Virus record (IMG/VR): IMGVR_UViG_3300017917_002953
Location: 5,481 to 69,480 of that record
Strand: one strand, 5' to 3'
Length of the DNA stretch: 64,000 nt
DNA from: a virus
In this document: piece by piece, positions 39,689 to 50,749 of the stretch
Numbering within the stretch: the stretch's first letter is position 1
Layout: each line of letters begins with the position of its first letter
Translations under genes and position numbers: made by a program
The notes under the pieces: generated by a model
What the model saw: the letters and a program-made list of their open reading frames with translations, nothing else
What the model was told of the DNA's origin: nothing
Database searches by the model: none

Positions 39689-41344
39689 ATGAAAGAAGTA
39701 ATATTAAAATATAGTTTCAAGACGGATAAAACTATGATTTTCCAAAATAGTAGTCCGATTGATTATGTCTCTAATTTCCAAGAGGATGATACTATAACCG
39801 ATATTTTTGGTAGTGATTACAAGATAAGTTCAATGCCTCCAACACCAAAAAAACCATTATACCTTTACGAACATACTTTTATGAATGATGAAGAAAAATA
39901 TCTTCAACATTATGGAAATCCTATGGCGACAGTTTCTCAAGAGACGGTTACAATTGTGATTGAGGGAGAAGGGGATAAACTTGCTTTAAAATTATTTAGT
40001 AGTTATAGACAAAGACGAAGAGGTGTAAAATTCTTTAAAGTTAGTAAAAATGTTAACTATATTACCGTGAACAGAAAAACCGGTGATGTTTACATTGGTT
40101 ATTTGTATAATTACCAAAATAAAAGAAAATTTACTAAACAATTACGGAGAAATTACTTTCCTGAAATGTTATTGAATAACTTTAAGTCGAGAATGAAAAA
40201 TCATTTGAATGAATTAAAGGTTAATGACTCGGTGATGATTGTTGACTCAATTATTGGAACCTTTATTGACAAGATTGATGGTAATTTAAATTTTGATTTA
40301 TCTCAAGATGAGAGATTATTTTTATTTTATTTAAGAAAAAGAGGTATTAAGTATCCAAATAACTTTAATGTGTTTAGAGGTGAATTAATCGGTCCATCAA
40401 TTAGAAAAAAATTAAAAAAGAATGGGGGTAAATTGGTGGATGCTTTTATGACTGAGAATAACTTACGAGGTAAAGTATTGAAAAAAGTTTTACATGAATG
40501 TAATAGAATTAATTTAGATGTTTACAGATATGCAATTCATCTTTTTGGTGAGGATAAATTAAATCAAGATATTGAGGGATTAAAAAAAATATTGAGTAGT
40601 TCCGGACATGTTAATAACCCTCAATACGGTGAAAGATTAAAAGAACTTATGACACCTTCCGAATTAGAAAGGTATTATAAAATGTTTAAGAATGTTTATG
40701 GTAATAACGGTTATGATATGTATACTCTTTCTGACCATGTCAGATTTTATGTTCAATTAAAATCATATGGCGAAGATGTTAAATGGATGTCTGATGGTTC
40801 TGATAGAAGTTTTTATCAGAATGAGCATCTTGATTGGACGGACACTCTTCAACATTATCGACAAGGTGTTTTTACAAGAACTTACCCAAAAATATTGGAT
40901 AAATTATTATCGGATGATATTGATGGATATACACCTGTATTGTTGAAAAATTCTTATGAATATAATGAGGAAAGTTCCCATCAATCAAATTGTGTTAAAG
41001 GGTATATTAATCGAGCGTCATCCATTATTATTTCATTGAGAAAAAATGGTGAGAGAGCGACAATAGAATTTCGTATTGGATTGAAAGATTCCAAAATTAA
41101 TATTTATAGAATTCAAACTTTAGGTAAACATAATAAACCATTATCGGATGATTGGGATGATGTATTGTTTAAATTGGATGAAATAATGTTATATTATGGT
41201 AAACATAAAGAATTTAGATTACCTGACATACTTAAAGAGACCAAAATTGGAATGAAAATTCATTCGGGGTCTAAATGGTCTAATGGTGTCTTGATTTGGG
41301 ATAATGAGAACATAAACGATAATGGTGGAATGTTTTTTATATAA
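39689..41344 (+). CDS. PcfJ-like domain protein
   Basis: C-terminal EESSHQSNCVKGY...IISLR...RATIEF...IQTLGKHN. Confidence 0.6.
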   Translation: MKEVILKYSFKTDKTMIFQNSSPIDYVSNFQEDDTITDIFGSDYKISSMPPTPKKPLYLYEHTFMNDEEKYLQHYGNPMATVSQETVTIVIEGEGDKLALKLFSSYRQRRRGVKFFKVSKNVNYITVNRKTGDVYIGYLYNYQNKRKFTKQLRRNYFPEMLLNNFKSRMKNHLNELKVNDSVMIVDSIIGTFIDKIDGNLNFDLSQDERLFLFYLRKRGIKYPNNFNVFRGELIGPSIRKKLKKNGGKLVDAFMTENNLRGKVLKKVLHECNRINLDVYRYAIHLFGEDKLNQDIEGLKKILSSSGHVNNPQYGERLKELMTPSELERYYKMFKNVYGNNGYDMYTLSDHVRFYVQLKSYGEDVKWMSDGSDRSFYQNEHLDWTDTLQHYRQGVFTRTYPKILDKLLSDDIDGYTPVLLKNSYEYNEESSHQSNCVKGYINRASSIIISLRKNGERATIEFRIGLKDSKINIYRIQTLGKHNKPLSDDWDDVLFKLDEIMLYYGKHKEFRLPDILKETKIGMKIHSGSKWSNGVLIWDNENINDNGGMFFI

Positions 41345-41684
41345 CATGAGAAAGCCAAATTACATAAGAGACATTGAAGGTAAAAATAACATCATTTATT
41401 CAGTGATGACTTTACCTGAGGGAAATAACGAATTCTTGAAATTTGTTGATAATAAATTTGAGTTGGTTAATAGTATTTCAAGTATGGGAACTGATTTGAA
41501 AATAACCTTTTCAGAAAAATTTTACTTAACAAAACAAGAATTTTATATATATTTATTAATAACTGATGACGATGAGGTTCAGGTGAAAGTGTTTTATAAT
41601 CAAAAACAATTCGATGAACTTAGATTGGTATTCGGACAAATCTTAAAACAAAAAAATTTATGGAAATTACAACAGAAGAATTAA
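41322..41684 (+). CDS. Hypothetical protein
   Basis: ORF in operon; the start may be the downstream MRKPNY. Confidence 0.55.
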   Translation: MVECFLYNMRKPNYIRDIEGKNNIIYSVMTLPEGNNEFLKFVDNKFELVNSISSMGTDLKITFSEKFYLTKQEFYIYLLITDDDEVQVKVFYNQKQFDELRLVFGQILKQKNLWKLQQKN

Positions 41685-41980
41685 AACAAAAAATTGAGAA
41701 TGGTGAAAAATTAGTGGTTGATTTCTGGGCTCCATGGTGTGGACCATGCAAAATTATGAAACCAATTTTCGAAAAAGTATCAGAAGAATATCGAAATGAT
41801 AATTCTGAAGTACAACTTTTCACCTTGAATGTTGAGGAAAATAAAGAATTTGCTGCCGAGTTAGGGATTAGAGCAATTCCTACGGTAAAAACATTCTCAG
41901 GTGGAGAACAAAAATTCTCAAGTCCTGGCATGTTGGCGGAGACCCGCATAAAAGAATTGGCGACAGAATTGTTAAATTAA
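41660..41980 (+). CDS. Thioredoxin
   Basis: VVDFWAPWCGPC; IRAIPT. Confidence 0.92.
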   Translation: MEITTEELKQKIENGEKLVVDFWAPWCGPCKIMKPIFEKVSEEYRNDNSEVQLFTLNVEENKEFAAELGIRAIPTVKTFSGGEQKFSSPGMLAETRIKELATELLN

Positions 41981-41981
41981 T

Positions 41982-42281
41982 ATGAAAAACTTAAATGTTA
42001 TAGTTTATACCATGAAGGGGTGTCCTTTCTGTGTTGACTTCAAGGATTTATTAGTAAAGGAAGGGATTGAGTTCTTCGATAGAGATATTGATGAATATAA
42101 AGATGAGTATGAAGTTTATACTCAGATAACAGAAAATGATATGATTCCGGCTTTATTGATTATTGAGGGTGATGATAAAAAATATGAATCATTCTTATAT
42201 GCTCCTGAGAGAAATTATAACGAATTAAGTGAGGCGGTTGATATCATTAACCAACATAGAAAAAAAGTTGGTATAATCTAA
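41982..42281 (+). CDS. Glutaredoxin-like protein
   Basis: VYTMKGCPFC; MIP. Confidence 0.8.
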   Translation: MKNLNVIVYTMKGCPFCVDFKDLLVKEGIEFFDRDIDEYKDEYEVYTQITENDMIPALLIIEGDDKKYESFLYAPERNYNELSEAVDIINQHRKKVGII

Positions 42282-43033
42282 ATTATAACCAACTCTTTAT
42301 TTATTTTTTTTACAAAATCAAAATCTTCAAGTGGATTGAGTAGTTCAAAACTCCAATCCACTTTTTTTATTTCATTTTTTAGTGGTTGTAAGTCAAAATC
42401 AAATACATCCAAAATTGCTGAAGTTAAAGTTTTATCTTCTTCTTTTGATGATATGTTTTGAACTGAAAATATTGTTTCACCATCTTCAGTTTTATTTTTT
42501 GACATATTGAATAGTAAACTATTAACCGGATAGTTTGGTGGGATACTATAAAAAATATGTTTTCCATAGTAATACATTGCTCTCCCTTGGTTTAAAGAAT
42601 AACCATGTGGAAACTCTGATTCAAATACCATAGAATCTTCATCTATTTCAGTTGTGATTAAATTATAATCGTAAGATGACTTTTTTTCGTTATATAAATC
42701 AATTTGAGTGTGATGGTACGAACAATTGATTGAATTATGATAAATGAATTGATAATTTTCTTTCTCGGTTAGTTTCGTATCATATTCAATTAAATCGATG
42801 GTGTGTGTTAATTTAATACCATTTAATTCTTTTGAAAATTTTGTGATAAACTCCTCTAGTATGGTTGGTATGTCTAAAACTTCTTTTGATGTTGTTTTTC
42901 CTTTAATGATGTAAAAATTGATACAATCAACTACTTTAATTATAGTTGATTCTTCTTGTGATATTTTAGATAAAATAAAGTCAGTAAATAGATTTACTAT
43001 GAATATTCTTGATGATGGATTTTTTAATATCAT
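42278..43033 (-). CDS. Hypothetical protein; possibly a degenerate S-adenosylmethionine synthetase (MetK) fold
   Basis: By-eye similarity to MetK N- and C-terminal segments; catalytic motifs absent. Confidence 0.45.
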   Translation of the reverse strand: MILKNPSSRIFIVNLFTDFILSKISQEESTIIKVVDCINFYIIKGKTTSKEVLDIPTILEEFITKFSKELNGIKLTHTIDLIEYDTKLTEKENYQFIYHNSINCSYHHTQIDLYNEKKSSYDYNLITTEIDEDSMVFESEFPHGYSLNQGRAMYYYGKHIFYSIPPNYPVNSLLFNMSKNKTEDGETIFSVQNISSKEEDKTLTSAILDVFDFDLQPLKNEIKKVDWSFELLNPLEDFDFVKKINKELVII

Positions 43034-43158
43034 GTTAATTTAGAATAAGTGTTTAATGTTTTGGGAATTATAGTAAAATTAAAAAATAAAACGAATAGTT
43101 ATTTAATCAAAATAACCGATTTACCTCGTATTTATAAGTTAAGAGAAAGAAAGTTTTA

Positions 43159-45429
43159 ATGGCTAAAAACATATTAATAGTACCAAGTAATTCAATTGCT
43201 CCGCAACCGGACAATGTACCTTTTTTTGATTTCGAGAACACTGGCTTAATTAAATTAAAAGTTATTGCCAATGGAACTTTAGTGTTTAGTAGTGCCACCG
43301 AAGATGAAGTACTTTATATTAATGATAAAGAAGTTAGAGTAGGAAATAATTTAGATGTTATAGATTATTTCGAAGTAAATGGTACTCAAGTTATTAATGG
43401 TACGGGTGATTGGATAGGTCCTACAACAAATATTGAAGGTGCTCAAGGTGCAACGGGAGCTAAAGGTGATACGGGAGATACAGGAGATACGGGTAATACC
43501 GGTGCTCAAGGTGCTGCTAGTGTGGTTTCAGGTGCTCCCGGACCAACAGGTCCAACCGGTGCACAAGGACCTCAAGGTAATAATGGTATTTCGGGGTCTA
43601 CGGGTCATATAGGAGTTACTGGTGCCACAGGTCCTAAGGGAGTTGCCGGTGCTACGGGTCCTCAAGGTCCTCAAGGTTTACAAGGCCCCCAAGGTTCACA
43701 AGGTACGGTAGGTCCTCAAGGTTCTACAGGACCAACAGGACCGACAGGAGCGATTGGTCCAAATGGACCTTCAGGTGATATTGGTGAGGACGGAGACACG
43801 GGAGGAAATGGACTAACAGGATTTGCCGGGCCACAAGGTGTACAAGGTTCACAAGGGGGGCAAGGTTCTCAAGGTGCGACCGGTAATACAGGGGCTCAAG
43901 GACCGCAAGGACCTCAAGGTTCTCAAGGTAATTCCGGAGCACAAGGGGTTATAGGTCCCCAAGGTGCTCAAGGAAATACAGGTGCCCAAGGTTTTACTGG
44001 ACCACAAGGTGCCCCGGGTGTCCAAGGATTGACGGGACCACAAGGAGCTGCGGGATTTACAGGACCGACAGGTGCTCAAGGACCAACAGGTGCCACGGGT
44101 CCTACGGGACCAACAGGGCCTACGGGACCAACAGGTGCTGTGGGACCAACAGGGTCTCCCGGAGCAACCGGTCAACCCGGACCTGCTGGTGCGACAGGGC
44201 ATTCAGGTGCTCAAGGACCTCAAGGACCTCAAGGATTTCAAGGTCCGACAGGGTTCGTAGGAGGGCAAGGAACTAGAGGACCTCAAGGCTCTCAAGGTCC
44301 CCAAGGATTCCAAGGGGCTACCGGATTTGCTGGTCCTATTGGAGCTCAGGGTTCACAGGGGTTACAAGGGTCTCAAGGTGCAACGGGTAATCGAGGACCA
44401 CAAGGGTCTCAAGGACCAACAGGAGCTACAGGTCCTACGGGACCTACCGGTAATACAGGTTCTCAAGGACCACAAGGGTCTCAAGGTGCCACAGGTGGGA
44501 CAGGTTTTCCGGGACCTAATGGTCCACAAGGTGCTCAAGGTGCTCCCGGTAATACAGGTGCAACCGGACCTCAAGGTGCTCAAGGACCTCAGGGTGCTCA
44601 AGGGTCCGCAGGGCCTCAAGGTGCTCAAGGGGGTCAAGGGTTTCAAGGTACTCAAGGAGGTCAAGGATTTCAAGGTGAGTTTAGAACAGGTCCTCAAGGT
44701 AATCAAGGTGCTCCCGGTCCAACAGGTGCTCAAGGTGTTCTTGGACCAACAGGTGCTCAAGGAGCCTCAGGCTCATCACCTACAGGTGCTCAAGGTGCTC
44801 AAGGGTCTCAAGGAGCGTCAGGTCCTGCTCTTGCGACATGTACATCCTCAAGTTTAACTTATTGGAATGATTGTAGTGAACCTTGTGCTGGATTCAAAGG
44901 TAATACAATAACTATTTGGATGCAAAGTTCAGGTGACCCTTATCCCACATATAGATTTAGGACACAGAGTAATTGTCAAAATAGTATTTGTGATTGGAAT
45001 ACATACATACCTGTAGGTGGAGCAAGAAACTTTTTTTGTATAACTTATGACCCAGATTGTGGATTTATTGTAGACCAGTTTGATTGTTTTCAATATTCTG
45101 ATGTTAGATTAAAAGATGGTATTGAAACTTTAGAAAATTCATTAGAGAATATAATGAAGATTGATGCCGTTGAATATGATTGGAATAAAAATTTAAATCC
45201 TAATATGTATGAATTTTTCTTAAAACAAGATAAACTACATACCATAGGTTTAATTGCTCAAAATGTTAGATTATATTATCCTGAAGTTGTGAATATGAAT
45301 GATGAAGGGTATTACTATATTGACTATCAAAAACTAAATTCAGTTTTAGTTGAAGGTATTAAAGATTTACAGTATGAGATTCAAGAAATTGATAAAGAAT
45401 TAGATGAAATTGAATTAAAACTTAGTTAA
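43159..45429 (+). CDS. Collagen-like fibre with a Cys-rich domain and a peptidase S74 chaperone
   Basis: Long Gly-X-Y run; [20 protein letters not shown]. Confidence 0.85.
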   Translation: MAKNILIVPSNSIAPQPDNVPFFDFENTGLIKLKVIANGTLVFSSATEDEVLYINDKEVRVGNNLDVIDYFEVNGTQVINGTGDWIGPTTNIEGAQGATGAKGDTGDTGDTGNTGAQGAASVVSGAPGPTGPTGAQGPQGNNGISGSTGHIGVTGATGPKGVAGATGPQGPQGLQGPQGSQGTVGPQGSTGPTGPTGAIGPNGPSGDIGEDGDTGGNGLTGFAGPQGVQGSQGGQGSQGATGNTGAQGPQGPQGSQGNSGAQGVIGPQGAQGNTGAQGFTGPQGAPGVQGLTGPQGAAGFTGPTGAQGPTGATGPTGPTGPTGPTGAVGPTGSPGATGQPGPAGATGHSGAQGPQGPQGFQGPTGFVGGQGTRGPQGSQGPQGFQGATGFAGPIGAQGSQGLQGSQGATGNRGPQGSQGPTGATGPTGPTGNTGSQGPQGSQGATGGTGFPGPNGPQGAQGAPGNTGATGPQGAQGPQGAQGSAGPQGAQGGQGFQGTQGGQGFQGEFRTGPQGNQGAPGPTGAQGVLGPTGAQGASGSSPTGAQGAQGSQGASGPALATCTSSSLTYWNDCSEPCAGFKGNTITIWMQSSGDPYPTYRFRTQSNCQNSICDWNTYIPVGGARNFFCITYDPDCGFIVDQFDCFQYSDVRLKDGIETLENSLENIMKIDAVEYDWNKNLNPNMYEFFLKQDKLHTIGLIAQNVRLYYPEVVNMNDEGYYYIDYQKLNSVLVEGIKDLQYEIQEIDKELDEIELKLS

Positions 45430-47462
45430 TGGCAAATATCATAATATATCCCCAAGGTAATGTTGGAAATACTGACCCACATATGGTTTTCGATGATGGG
45501 TCATCAAAGTTGCAATTCAATGTTAAAAATGGGTTTTTATCATTATCATCGTCCACAGTTAGTGATGGGGTAAATATTGGACCCCAAAATGTTAGAGTTT
45601 CAGGTGCGACAATTACAGGACCTAGTGCTTCTTTAGTTGTGGGTGGTGTTCAAATGATAAATAGTTCAGCTGTATGGGTTGGACCTCTTGAACCGTTGAT
45701 TGGGTTTCAAGGTGCTCAAGGAGCTCAAGGTTCTAAAGGAAGTACAGGTGCTCAGGGTGCTCAAGGTGCTCAAGGACCTATCGGTGCTCAAGGGTTTCAA
45801 GGATTTACAGGTCCAACAGGATTTGTCGGACCTAATGGACCTCAAGGTGCTCAAGGTGCTCAAGGTGCTCAAGGAGTAACAGGTGCTCAAGGTGCGACAG
45901 GTTCACAAGGTGCACAAGGGTCAATTGGTTTTACAGGACCAATTGGTATATCAGGAAGTACAGGTATTGGCGGAGGTACAGGATTTGCGGGTGCGACAGG
46001 ATTAACAGGCGCTCAAGGGCCAAGCGGACTTCGAGGTGCTCAAGGTGCTAAAGGTTCACAAGGTGCTCAAGGACCTCAAGGGCCTCAAGGTCCACAAGGA
46101 TTTAAAGGTGGTACAGGACCAACAGGTCCACAAGGAGCTCAGGGGGCTCAAGGATTAAACGCTGGTGCGACAGGTCCAACAGGTCCAACAGGTTCACAGG
46201 GTTCTCAAGGAGCACCGAGTTCAGTCCAAGGTTCACAAGGAGCTCAAGGTGCTCAAGGTTCTCAAGGACCACAAGGGTCTCAAAGTGCCGTGTCAGGTGC
46301 ACAAGGACCACAAGGTTCTCAAGGGCCACAAGGATTTGCCGGTGCTAATAGTAGTGTTCAAGGTGCTCAAGGTGCTGCGGGAAACACAGGGGCTCAAGGA
46401 CCTCAAGGTTCTCAAAGTGTGGTTTCAGGGGCTCAAGGATTTACGGGTTCACAAGGAGCTCAAGGTTCTCAAGGGGCTCAAGGTACAAATGCCGGTGCCA
46501 CAGGACCTCAAGGTGCTCAAGGTCCTCAAGGACCTCAGGGTGCCACGGGTTCAAATTCAGCGGTTGCTGGTGCGACCGGACCACAAGGGCCTCAAGGTAC
46601 TCAAGGACCTCAAGGTGCAACACAAGGAGGACAAGGATTTACAGGACCACAGGGTGCTCAAGGTTCACAAGGGTCTACGGGGTCAGTTCAAGGGGCTACA
46701 GGGCCACAAGGGGTTCAAGGTGCTGCAGGTCTGCAAGGGGCTCAAGGAGCAAACGCAGGTGCTACAGGACCACAAGGTTCTCAAGGAGCCCAAGGTGCTC
46801 AAGGGCCATCCAATGGTACAGGACCTCAAGGTTCTCAAGGACCTCAAGGTTCTCAAGGTGCCGGAGGTTTACAAGGTTCACCTGGACCTTCAGGTCCAAA
46901 TGGACCACAAGGGTTTCAAGGGGTTCGAGGTCCACAAGGGGCTCAAGGGGTTCGAGGACCACAAGGAGCTCAAGGTAGTCCAGGGTTTTCAGGTGCTCAA
47001 GGTGCGACAGGGCCTCAAGGTTCTCAAGGGGCTGCAGGTGCTCAAGGTAGTCAAGGGGCTCAAGGTACGACTATACAAGGATTTCAGGGGTCTCAAGGTG
47101 CTGAAGGTGCTCAAGGTGCTCCTTCAGATAGGAGATTGAAAGACAACATAAGACCAATTGTTAATGTTTTATCGATAACAAAAAATATTCAGGGTGTTTT
47201 ATTTGAATGGGATAATAAACATACAAAAATAAAAGACAATAAATCTATTGTGTTTCAAGAAGCGTTTTCGGGTGACTCAATAGGATTTATTGCTCAGGAT
47301 TTAGAGAAAGTAGTTCCTGAAGTTGTCTTTACTGATGATAAAGGATGGATGAGCGTGAATTATGGTCAAATGGTTAGTTTAGGTATTGGTGGTGTACAAG
47401 AACAAAAAAGAAGACTTGATTCAATTTATGATAGAATAAATAAATTAAAAGAACTTATATAA
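45429..47462 (+). CDS. Collagen-like fibre with a peptidase S74 chaperone
   Basis: Gly-X-Y run; PSDRRLKDNI, IGFIAQDLE. Confidence 0.85.
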   Translation: MANIIIYPQGNVGNTDPHMVFDDGSSKLQFNVKNGFLSLSSSTVSDGVNIGPQNVRVSGATITGPSASLVVGGVQMINSSAVWVGPLEPLIGFQGAQGAQGSKGSTGAQGAQGAQGPIGAQGFQGFTGPTGFVGPNGPQGAQGAQGAQGVTGAQGATGSQGAQGSIGFTGPIGISGSTGIGGGTGFAGATGLTGAQGPSGLRGAQGAKGSQGAQGPQGPQGPQGFKGGTGPTGPQGAQGAQGLNAGATGPTGPTGSQGSQGAPSSVQGSQGAQGAQGSQGPQGSQSAVSGAQGPQGSQGPQGFAGANSSVQGAQGAAGNTGAQGPQGSQSVVSGAQGFTGSQGAQGSQGAQGTNAGATGPQGAQGPQGPQGATGSNSAVAGATGPQGPQGTQGPQGATQGGQGFTGPQGAQGSQGSTGSVQGATGPQGVQGAAGLQGAQGANAGATGPQGSQGAQGAQGPSNGTGPQGSQGPQGSQGAGGLQGSPGPSGPNGPQGFQGVRGPQGAQGVRGPQGAQGSPGFSGAQGATGPQGSQGAAGAQGSQGAQGTTIQGFQGSQGAEGAQGAPSDRRLKDNIRPIVNVLSITKNIQGVLFEWDNKHTKIKDNKSIVFQEAFSGDSIGFIAQDLEKVVPEVVFTDDKGWMSVNYGQMVSLGIGGVQEQKRRLDSIYDRINKLKELI

Positions 47463-49439
47463 GTGGCTGAGAATATTATTATAACCCCAGGTAGTGGTAC
47501 AATCGATTTAACTAGTTCGTTAAATGTTACAACTAATCTTGTAATTGAAACGGGTTCGTTAAAATTTAAAAGAAGTACAACCACTATATTTCAAATGGAT
47601 AATACATATCCAAATTTTAGAGTTAATACTAATGACGGATTATATGTAATTAATACATTTGTTAATAATTATGGACCTTTAATTAATTCTACCGGTTGGT
47701 TAGGTAATAGACAACCTACAGGTGCTCAAGGGTCCCAAGGAGCTGTGGGGGCTCAAGGTTCTCAAGGTTCTCAAGGAGGCTCAGGTGCTCAAGGAACAAA
47801 AGGTCCTCAGGGGTCGCAAGGACCACAAGGACCGCAAGGTGCAAATGGACCACAAGGTTCTCAGGGTCCACAAGGTGCTCAAGGAGTTCAAGGTTCTCAA
47901 GGACCTGTAGGACCTCAAGGAGACCAAGGACCGCAAGGACCACAAGGACCACAAGGTGCCCAAGGTGCTCAAGGTGCCCAAGGTGCTCAAGGTGCTCAAG
48001 GTGCGCAAGGACCGCAAGGTTCTCAAGGAGGTCAAGGTCCTCAAGGTGCTCAAGGTGCTAAAGGACCTCAAGGAACTCAAGGTACAACACCAGGACCTCA
48101 AGGTCCTCAAGGTCCTCAAGGTGCTATTGGTGCTGCGGGGCCAACAGGTGCAACAGGGCCAACGGGAGGACAAGGTGCTCAAGGTTTTCCGGGACTACAA
48201 GGTGCCCAAGGAGTTTCAGGGCCAACAGGACCACAAGGAACTCAAGGTGCAATAGGTTCAACAGGTGCTACAGGTGCTACAGGTCCAACAGGTGGACAAG
48301 GGGCTCAAGGACCAACAGGACCAACAGGACCACAAGGGCCTCAAGGTTCTCAAGGTGCAAGTGGAAGTCAAGGTTCTCAAGGACCACAAGGCTCACAAGG
48401 TTCAGCCGGACCAACGGGTACTCAAGGAGCCCAAGGTCCTCAAGGTGCCACAGGTCCAACAGGTCCAACAGGTCCAACAGGTGGTCAAGGTGCTCAAGGA
48501 TTTACAGGACCAACAGGACCAACAGGTCCACAGGGAGCTCAAGGACCTATCGGTGCCCAAGGATTCCAAGGTTCTACAGGTCCAACAGGGTTTGTTGGGC
48601 CAACAGGAGGACAAGGTGCTCAAGGACCTCAAGGTGCTACAGGTCCAACAGGTGGAACCGGACCGACAGGACCTCAAGGATTTCAAGGTGCTACAGGGCC
48701 TCAAGGTTCACAAGGTCCACAAGGTTCACAAGGAGGTCAAGGTGCTCAAGGTGTTGTCGGTGCTATTGGTCCTGTAGGTGCTCAGGGTGCTCAAGGTGAT
48801 AAACCATTTGGTGCTCCCGGACCGACAGGTCCTCAAGGAGTTCAAGGTTCAACTGGTGCTCAAGGTCCTGTAGGATTTCCTTCAGTTGCGTCAGGTTCTC
48901 AAGGTGCTCCGGGAACAGTTCAAGGTTCTCAAGGTGCTCCGGGAGGAACTCAAGGTGCTCAAGGTGGTGGAGTTCAAGGTGTTCAAGGTTCACAAGGTGT
49001 AGCACCGACAGGTGCTCAAGGAACGAAAGGTCCTCAAGGGGCTCAAGGAAATAAAGGAATTGGAGCTGAAGGTGCTCAAGGTGCTCAAGGTGCTCAAGGT
49101 GCGACTCCTTCAGATAGAAGAATGAAGAAAAATATTCGTGAAATTGAAAACCCGTTGGAAAAAGTTATGAAATTAAGGGGTGTTTCGTTTATTTGGAATC
49201 AAAATAAAAATATACCAAACTATGGTAAAGATATTGGTTTCATTGCTCAAGAAGTTGCACATGTATTACCTGAATTAGTTTTCAAAAAAGATAGTGAAAA
49301 TTCGTTTTATCAAGTTAAGTATCATGATGTTATTGCACTTTGTTTGGAGGCGATTAAGGAACAATCTAAATTGATTGAATTAAGAGAAGAGAGATTAAGT
49401 AAGTTAGAAAATAAAGCAAAAGAAAAGGGACTAATTTAA
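47463..49439 (+). CDS. Collagen-like fibre with a peptidase S74 chaperone
   Basis: Gly-X-Y run; [24 protein letters not shown]. Confidence 0.85.
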   Translation: MAENIIITPGSGTIDLTSSLNVTTNLVIETGSLKFKRSTTTIFQMDNTYPNFRVNTNDGLYVINTFVNNYGPLINSTGWLGNRQPTGAQGSQGAVGAQGSQGSQGGSGAQGTKGPQGSQGPQGPQGANGPQGSQGPQGAQGVQGSQGPVGPQGDQGPQGPQGPQGAQGAQGAQGAQGAQGAQGPQGSQGGQGPQGAQGAKGPQGTQGTTPGPQGPQGPQGAIGAAGPTGATGPTGGQGAQGFPGLQGAQGVSGPTGPQGTQGAIGSTGATGATGPTGGQGAQGPTGPTGPQGPQGSQGASGSQGSQGPQGSQGSAGPTGTQGAQGPQGATGPTGPTGPTGGQGAQGFTGPTGPTGPQGAQGPIGAQGFQGSTGPTGFVGPTGGQGAQGPQGATGPTGGTGPTGPQGFQGATGPQGSQGPQGSQGGQGAQGVVGAIGPVGAQGAQGDKPFGAPGPTGPQGVQGSTGAQGPVGFPSVASGSQGAPGTVQGSQGAPGGTQGAQGGGVQGVQGSQGVAPTGAQGTKGPQGAQGNKGIGAEGAQGAQGAQGATPSDRRMKKNIREIENPLEKVMKLRGVSFIWNQNKNIPNYGKDIGFIAQEVAHVLPELVFKKDSENSFYQVKYHDVIALCLEAIKEQSKLIELREERLSKLENKAKEKGLI

Positions 49440-49450
49440 GTCCCTTTTTT
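49423..49450. terminator. Bidirectional terminator
   Basis: AAAAGGGACT-AATTTA-AGTCCCTTTT between convergent genes. Confidence 0.7.
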
Positions 49451-49451
49451 A

Positions 49452-50432
49452 TTAGATATAATCACCAAACATTTCGTTAATTTCTCTTTTTATTTTTTCC
49501 CAACTAGGATAATCAGGTGCCCAATACCTTAAACAATCTCCATTTTCTTCAAGGATATTTATAAAATTTCCATAATACTCTAAAGTTTGAGATGAGCCTT
49601 TTCCGTTGTTTAAATAATCTTTAATTGGTGTGTAAAAATCTCGTATTGGGAGTTCAAGTACTTGTATTTGAGTATCTTTTTTATATGGATGTTGTTTGTA
49701 TTCCCATTTGCGTTTTGATGTGTCAAAAATGTCATCAAGTTTATTCCAAACACCTTCATATACATCAGATTCATATGCTGAATTATATGCGTTTGAATGA
49801 ATTGAATTTAATTCACTATCCAATTCACTTAAATCGTGGTCTAATAAATAACCCATCGTCTCTGAATCATTAACAACCGATACGACATTTTCCATATTAA
49901 TGGTTGCGTAATCGGTATTTTGTTGAGTTGCAATATCTCCAAGTAATTCAGTGTCCGGTTCAACTTGAACACCTTCCAAATTTCTGACAATATAACTGTA
50001 TAGTAGTTTTAAATTCTCTTCATCAAGTTCCTCAATAACATCTCTATAAACATCATCAGTGGTGTCCCAATATCTATCCCAATCGGATTCACCGGAAATA
50101 ATTTCACCTATAGTGTCTTGGTTAATATCGTTTCTACTTTCACAAAAAAGTTTTTTTAAATCACTTGCGTCGTGTAATACCAAAACAGGTTCTTTTCCTT
50201 CTTCAAATCGAACATCTCCGATTTGTTTTTCAACTTCCTCTAAAAATTTCTGAGTGTTTGTCTCAGATAAATAAAGAAGATAATCATTTTCCATATAATT
50301 GTATTCCAAATCAAGGTCATCTAAACGACCTCTCTTATCCATTATTTTAAAAAATGTATCTGAATCGTTAAAATATTTTTCAACGTCTAATTCGGTGTTA
50401 TTAAATAATTCTATTACTTCATCTATATTCAT
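49452..50432 (-). CDS. Very acidic hypothetical protein
   Basis: D/E-rich ORF; TATTTATA 3 nt upstream. Confidence 0.7.
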   Translation of the reverse strand: MNIDEVIELFNNTELDVEKYFNDSDTFFKIMDKRGRLDDLDLEYNYMENDYLLYLSETNTQKFLEEVEKQIGDVRFEEGKEPVLVLHDASDLKKLFCESRNDINQDTIGEIISGESDWDRYWDTTDDVYRDVIEELDEENLKLLYSYIVRNLEGVQVEPDTELLGDIATQQNTDYATINMENVVSVVNDSETMGYLLDHDLSELDSELNSIHSNAYNSAYESDVYEGVWNKLDDIFDTSKRKWEYKQHPYKKDTQIQVLELPIRDFYTPIKDYLNNGKGSSQTLEYYGNFINILEENGDCLRYWAPDYPSWEKIKREINEMFGDYI

Positions 50433-50445
50433 ATGTATAAATACA

Positions 50446-50473
50446 AAAAAAGGGACAAATATTATGTCCCTTT
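50446..50473 (-). terminator. Terminator of the small minus-strand ORF
   Basis: AAAGGGACA-AATATTA-TGTCCCTTT; the preceding A tract gives a U tail on the minus strand. Confidence 0.6.
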
Positions 50474-50498
50474 GTGAATTTTTTTAACTCCTGAAAAA

Positions 50499-50660
50499 TT
50501 ATTTCGATGTTTTATTAACATTATAATATTTTTCAACCGTTTTTTTGATGGCTGATTTTATACTTTCAGTTTGTTGTTGTTTCACAGCTTGAGCTTGTTG
50601 AGTTTGAACGGCTTGTTGTTCAGGTGTTTGGTTTTGCTTATTTTTGCATCCACATCCCAT
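50499..50660 (-). CDS. 53-aa MGCGCK...Gln-rich protein
   Basis: Manual translation MGCGCKNKQNQTPEQQAVQTQQ...; upstream motif and downstream terminator. Confidence 0.65.
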   Translation of the reverse strand: MGCGCKNKQNQTPEQQAVQTQQAQAVKQQQTESIKSAIKKTVEKYYNVNKTSK

Positions 50661-50749
50661 GATGATTGATTTATTAAAGTTTATTATTATAAATACTAAT
50701 TATAAGAGAAATATAAATAAAAACGATATTTATTAAATAAAAAAAGTTT

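Noticed and set aside
43724-49005. Many alternative-frame and antisense ORFs (LKVLKD/STLRT repeats)
   Set aside because: By-products of the 9-nt periodic collagen codons.
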